Shown piece by piece: positions 61,407-64,000 of a stretch of DNA of 64,000 bases (the first letter of the stretch is position 1; each line of letters opens with the position of its first letter). The notes beneath the pieces were generated by a model. The model did no database searches and was not told the DNA's origin. It saw only the letters and a list, made by a program, of their open reading frames with translations. The stretch is from an uncultured Nitrospiraceae bacterium. Lineage in GTDB: Bacteria > Nitrospirota > Thermodesulfovibrionia > Thermodesulfovibrionales > Dissulfurispiraceae. A program made the position numbers and the translations under genes. The DNA is taken from contig CAVSHF010000003.1 in the NCBI GenBank assembly GCA_963727805.1, forward strand, positions 1,216,001-1,280,000, read 5' to 3'.

Positions 61407-63386
61407 ATGTTCTCTCACATTAGGCAATGGGTGGATGAAAGATGGCCTTTGTCAGTCGTGATCAAAGCGGTCATAGAAGAGGACATCCCCGGAGGGAGCA
61501 GATACGCCTATACCTTAGGTAGTGCGGTCCTTACCATTGTTCTCATACAGGTTGTTACCGGTATTTTTCAGATCTTTTTTTATGTGCCAACCGTCGATCA
61601 CGCCTACAACAGTCTCAGTTATTTGAGAATAATGGTGCCGTTTGGCTGGCTGATCCATGGTCTCCACTATTGGGGTGCCAACGCGATGATCATCGTGGTG
61701 GTCCTCCATATGACACAGGTCTTTCTTTGGGGAGCGTACAAGCGTCCGCGCGAATTGACATGGCTTTTCGGAGTAACACTTCTGCTTATCACCATGGGGA
61801 TGAGCTTTACCGGCGGACCTCTGCCCTGGGACCAGGCAGGCTACTGGGCCGCTGAGGTCGGAACAAGCATCCCTGCGGCGATCCCTCTAATCGGTGATCT
61901 GACCACAAATCTTATGAGGGGTGGTCAGAATATGGGACAACTTACCATTTCGCGCTTCTTCGTCTTGCATGCAGCGATACTCCCGATAGGTCTTGTAGTC
62001 CTCTTTGTGGCACACCTTGTTGCCTTCAGAGCGAAGGGGGCTGTAGGCCCGTGGGACCCTGTCAAGAGACAAATAAAAGAGCCTTTCTGGCCCGACCAGG
62101 CTTTCAAAGATGTGATGATCGCCTCAGCGGTAGTCATAACGCTGATCGCGCTATCGGTTTTCTTTCCTCCTCCCTTCATTGGGGCTGCGGATCCTTTATC
62201 AACGACCTTCACTCCCAAACCTGAGTGGAATTTCCTTTTTCTTTATCAGGCACTCAAATATTTCACTGGCTCCCTTGAGCCGGTGGGCGTGGCAGGCGTC
62301 CCTGCCGCGTTGGTTTTCATCCTTGTGGCTCTGCCCTTCCTTGATCGAAACCCGGAGAGGAATCCCTTGAAACGGCCCGTTGCTCTGACAGGTGCGGCGC
62401 TACTCGCAGCAACTCTGATAGCCCTTACGATAGCAGGCTATATCAGCAAACCCGGATCTGCCACAACCGCCATCACTGCGGAAACGCCTGCAGCAGGCCG
62501 CCTTTCTCCGAGAAATGTTCCCTCCAGTACGGAGAGTATCAAGACAGGTGCAGCTGTCTTCCAATCCAATGGATGTGCCGGATGCCACAAGATTAATAGT
62601 GCCGGCGGCGTTATCGGTCCGGACCTGTCAAATGAAGGGAATCAGGGCAGATCGCACGAGTGGCTTACAATCCAGATCAGAAATCCCAAAGCGCACTACC
62701 CCGACACGATAATGCCTTCATTCAATAAACTAAACGACCAGGATATTAATAACCTGATCGATCATCTTCTGAGTCTCAAAATGGCGACTGCTCAACCTCC
62801 AACTCAGGGAAAGGCCGATACAATGCAACCTGTTAGTTCCGCGGATCCGGCTGTCTCCGCTCCATCTGAAAATTCCTCATCTGACCTGAAAAAGCAGACT
62901 GGACCAGCGGCAAACACTATTGGCAGCGCCGATCAAGGCGAGTTGCTTTTCGAGAGGCAGTGCGCCGCCTGTCACGGAGCGAGAGGAATGGGCAAGATAC
63001 ACAATCCTGGCTCTAATGACGGATCAGTGCCAGCGCTCAACCCCATCGACCAGAAATTATTCAACAAAAACCCTCAGGAGTTTGCCGACGCGATAGACAA
63101 GTTTATACAACACGGTTCGATACCATCAGGACATAAACCGCAGCTGCAAATGCCTGCCTTCGGTGACAACAGTGCCTTGACCCAACAGCAGATATCAAAT
63201 ATCGAAGCCTATGTCCTCAGACTGAACGGCGTCGACAGGGCCGAATTGGTCAATCCCGGCATGTCACCCATACGCTTTTTCTTCATCACCGTCTCGGCGT
63301 TTTTGGTTATCATGCTTTTAATAGGAGGAATCTATATGTGTCTGCCACGCACTGATCGGGAGAAGCCAGAAAAGGAAATTAAGTAA
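61407..63386 (+). CDS. qcrB: Cytochrome b + subunit IV-like + two c-type cytochrome domains, fused
   Basis: Haem b His pairs (LHYWG...VLH; VLH...AH), LPWDQ, PEWN, CAGCH and CAACH, C-terminal TM helix. Confidence 0.9.
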   Translation: MFSHIRQWVDERWPLSVVIKAVIEEDIPGGSRYAYTLGSAVLTIVLIQVVTGIFQIFFYVPTVDHAYNSLSYLRIMVPFGWLIHGLHYWGANAMIIVVVLHMTQVFLWGAYKRPRELTWLFGVTLLLITMGMSFTGGPLPWDQAGYWAAEVGTSIPAAIPLIGDLTTNLMRGGQNMGQLTISRFFVLHAAILPIGLVVLFVAHLVAFRAKGAVGPWDPVKRQIKEPFWPDQAFKDVMIASAVVITLIALSVFFPPPFIGAADPLSTTFTPKPEWNFLFLYQALKYFTGSLEPVGVAGVPAALVFILVALPFLDRNPERNPLKRPVALTGAALLAATLIALTIAGYISKPGSATTAITAETPAAGRLSPRNVPSSTESIKTGAAVFQSNGCAGCHKINSAGGVIGPDLSNEGNQGRSHEWLTIQIRNPKAHYPDTIMPSFNKLNDQDINNLIDHLLSLKMATAQPPTQGKADTMQPVSSADPAVSAPSENSSSDLKKQTGPAANTIGSADQGELLFERQCAACHGARGMGKIHNPGSNDGSVPALNPIDQKLFNKNPQEFADAIDKFIQHGSIPSGHKPQLQMPAFGDNSALTQQQISNIEAYVLRLNGVDRAELVNPGMSPIRFFFITVSAFLVIMLLIGGIYMCLPRTDREKPEKEIK

Positions 63387-63421
63387 AATTTAGTCGATTC
63401 ATCAACTGAAGAGGAGAGCAC

Positions 63422-63889
63422 ATGTCATATCAATACGCAAATGAATTTCTCTATTTTGTGATTAAGCCGGATACCAGTATAGGCAATGGGGCAGTCATCC
63501 TTTGTTCAGGTGTCAATCTCTCACGCTTTCTCCCCATTACAAAACAGCGGCACGGCTTGGCTTCAAATCCCGCCATGAGGGGACTACAACTGGTAAAGAT
63601 CGATATCTGCGATCTCGCACTGACAAAAGGAGCATTGCCAAAGATTATTCGCAGAAACGACTGTGCAGGATTAACTCCTACAGACGAAGGATGGTATACG
63701 GAGATACTGCTGATAGAAAATACGCCGGAGTCATTTCCCTCAGAGGCGATCGAATATTGTGTCATGGCTCTTCTAAAAAGCATTTTCAAAGCCTGTCGTC
63801 TTGAAGTAAAGCTGCCTGATAAACTACCGAAGCCAGATGAACTTCAATTATTTATTGAGGGCGTGTGCAGTGCTTACGGCAGGGGATAG
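63422..63889 (+). CDS. Hypothetical protein (155 aa)
   Basis: SD GAGGAG; 35 bp after the cytochrome b/c gene; no recognised domain. Confidence 0.65.
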   Translation: MSYQYANEFLYFVIKPDTSIGNGAVILCSGVNLSRFLPITKQRHGLASNPAMRGLQLVKIDICDLALTKGALPKIIRRNDCAGLTPTDEGWYTEILLIENTPESFPSEAIEYCVMALLKSIFKACRLEVKLPDKLPKPDELQLFIEGVCSAYGRG

Positions 63890-63899
63890 GGAGGATCTG

Positions 63900-64000
63900 A
63901 TGAATACTTTATTTGAGAAATACAGGTATTTTTTAAAGGATAGCGTGCGCCGGACCATTAATTTTGCCTTGACGGACCAAAGTCAAGGGATCAAGCCTCC
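63900..64000 (+). CDS. Start of a probable SagB/ThcOx-family nitroreductase; 3'-truncated by the window edge
   Basis: SD GGAGG, ATG 63900; MNTLFEKYRYFLKDSVRRTINFALTDQSQGIKP resembles, from memory, N-termini of that family. Confidence 0.5.
   Translation, partial: MNTLFEKYRYFLKDSVRRTINFALTDQSQGIKP

Noticed and set aside
1..64000. CRISPR arrays, tRNA/rRNA, prophage, transposase/integrase, defence systems, selenoproteins
   Set aside because: By eye, no spaced direct repeats, RNA gene signatures, mobile-element proteins or Cys-position in-frame TGA were found; tRNAscan/Infernal/CRISPR tools were not run

Overview
A 64-kb stretch of mostly core bacterial chromosome, about 50% GC. Gene content and order suggest an anaerobic Nitrospirota (Thermodesulfovibrionia-like) or deltaproteobacterial-type organism; this taxonomy is inference only. 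It carries glgP, hflX, ahbD-like/hemE/purN/rsmD/coaD, pepF-htpG, an S1-like ribosomal protein, yedF, two divergent HDOD genes, a MurC-like ligase, fabG-acpP-fabF-rnc, panC, argG-[dprA pseudogene]-smg-like-topA, a ccsA-hemA-hemC-cobA/hemD heme cluster and an orphan LivK-type binding protein. It ends with a complete E. coli-type nuoA-N operon (fused NuoCD) running directly into a Rieske protein and a cytochrome b/subunit IV/dihaem cytochrome c fusion. I found no rRNA, tRNA, CRISPR array, prophage or transposase. Most notable: (1) a putative complex I + complex III operon with a PEWN Qo-motif variant; (2) a probable non-canonical ATA start for hflX; (3) an unannotated 56-aa Cys-motif protein between the HDOD genes; (4) decay scars (dprA; a livH-to-CBS/ACT deletion); (5) REP-like hairpins and heptamer repeats inside genes; (6) several candidate leaderless genes; (7) a hairpin-rich intergenic region with a (TA)10 tract. 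All calls come from motif recognition by eye; no database searches were run.
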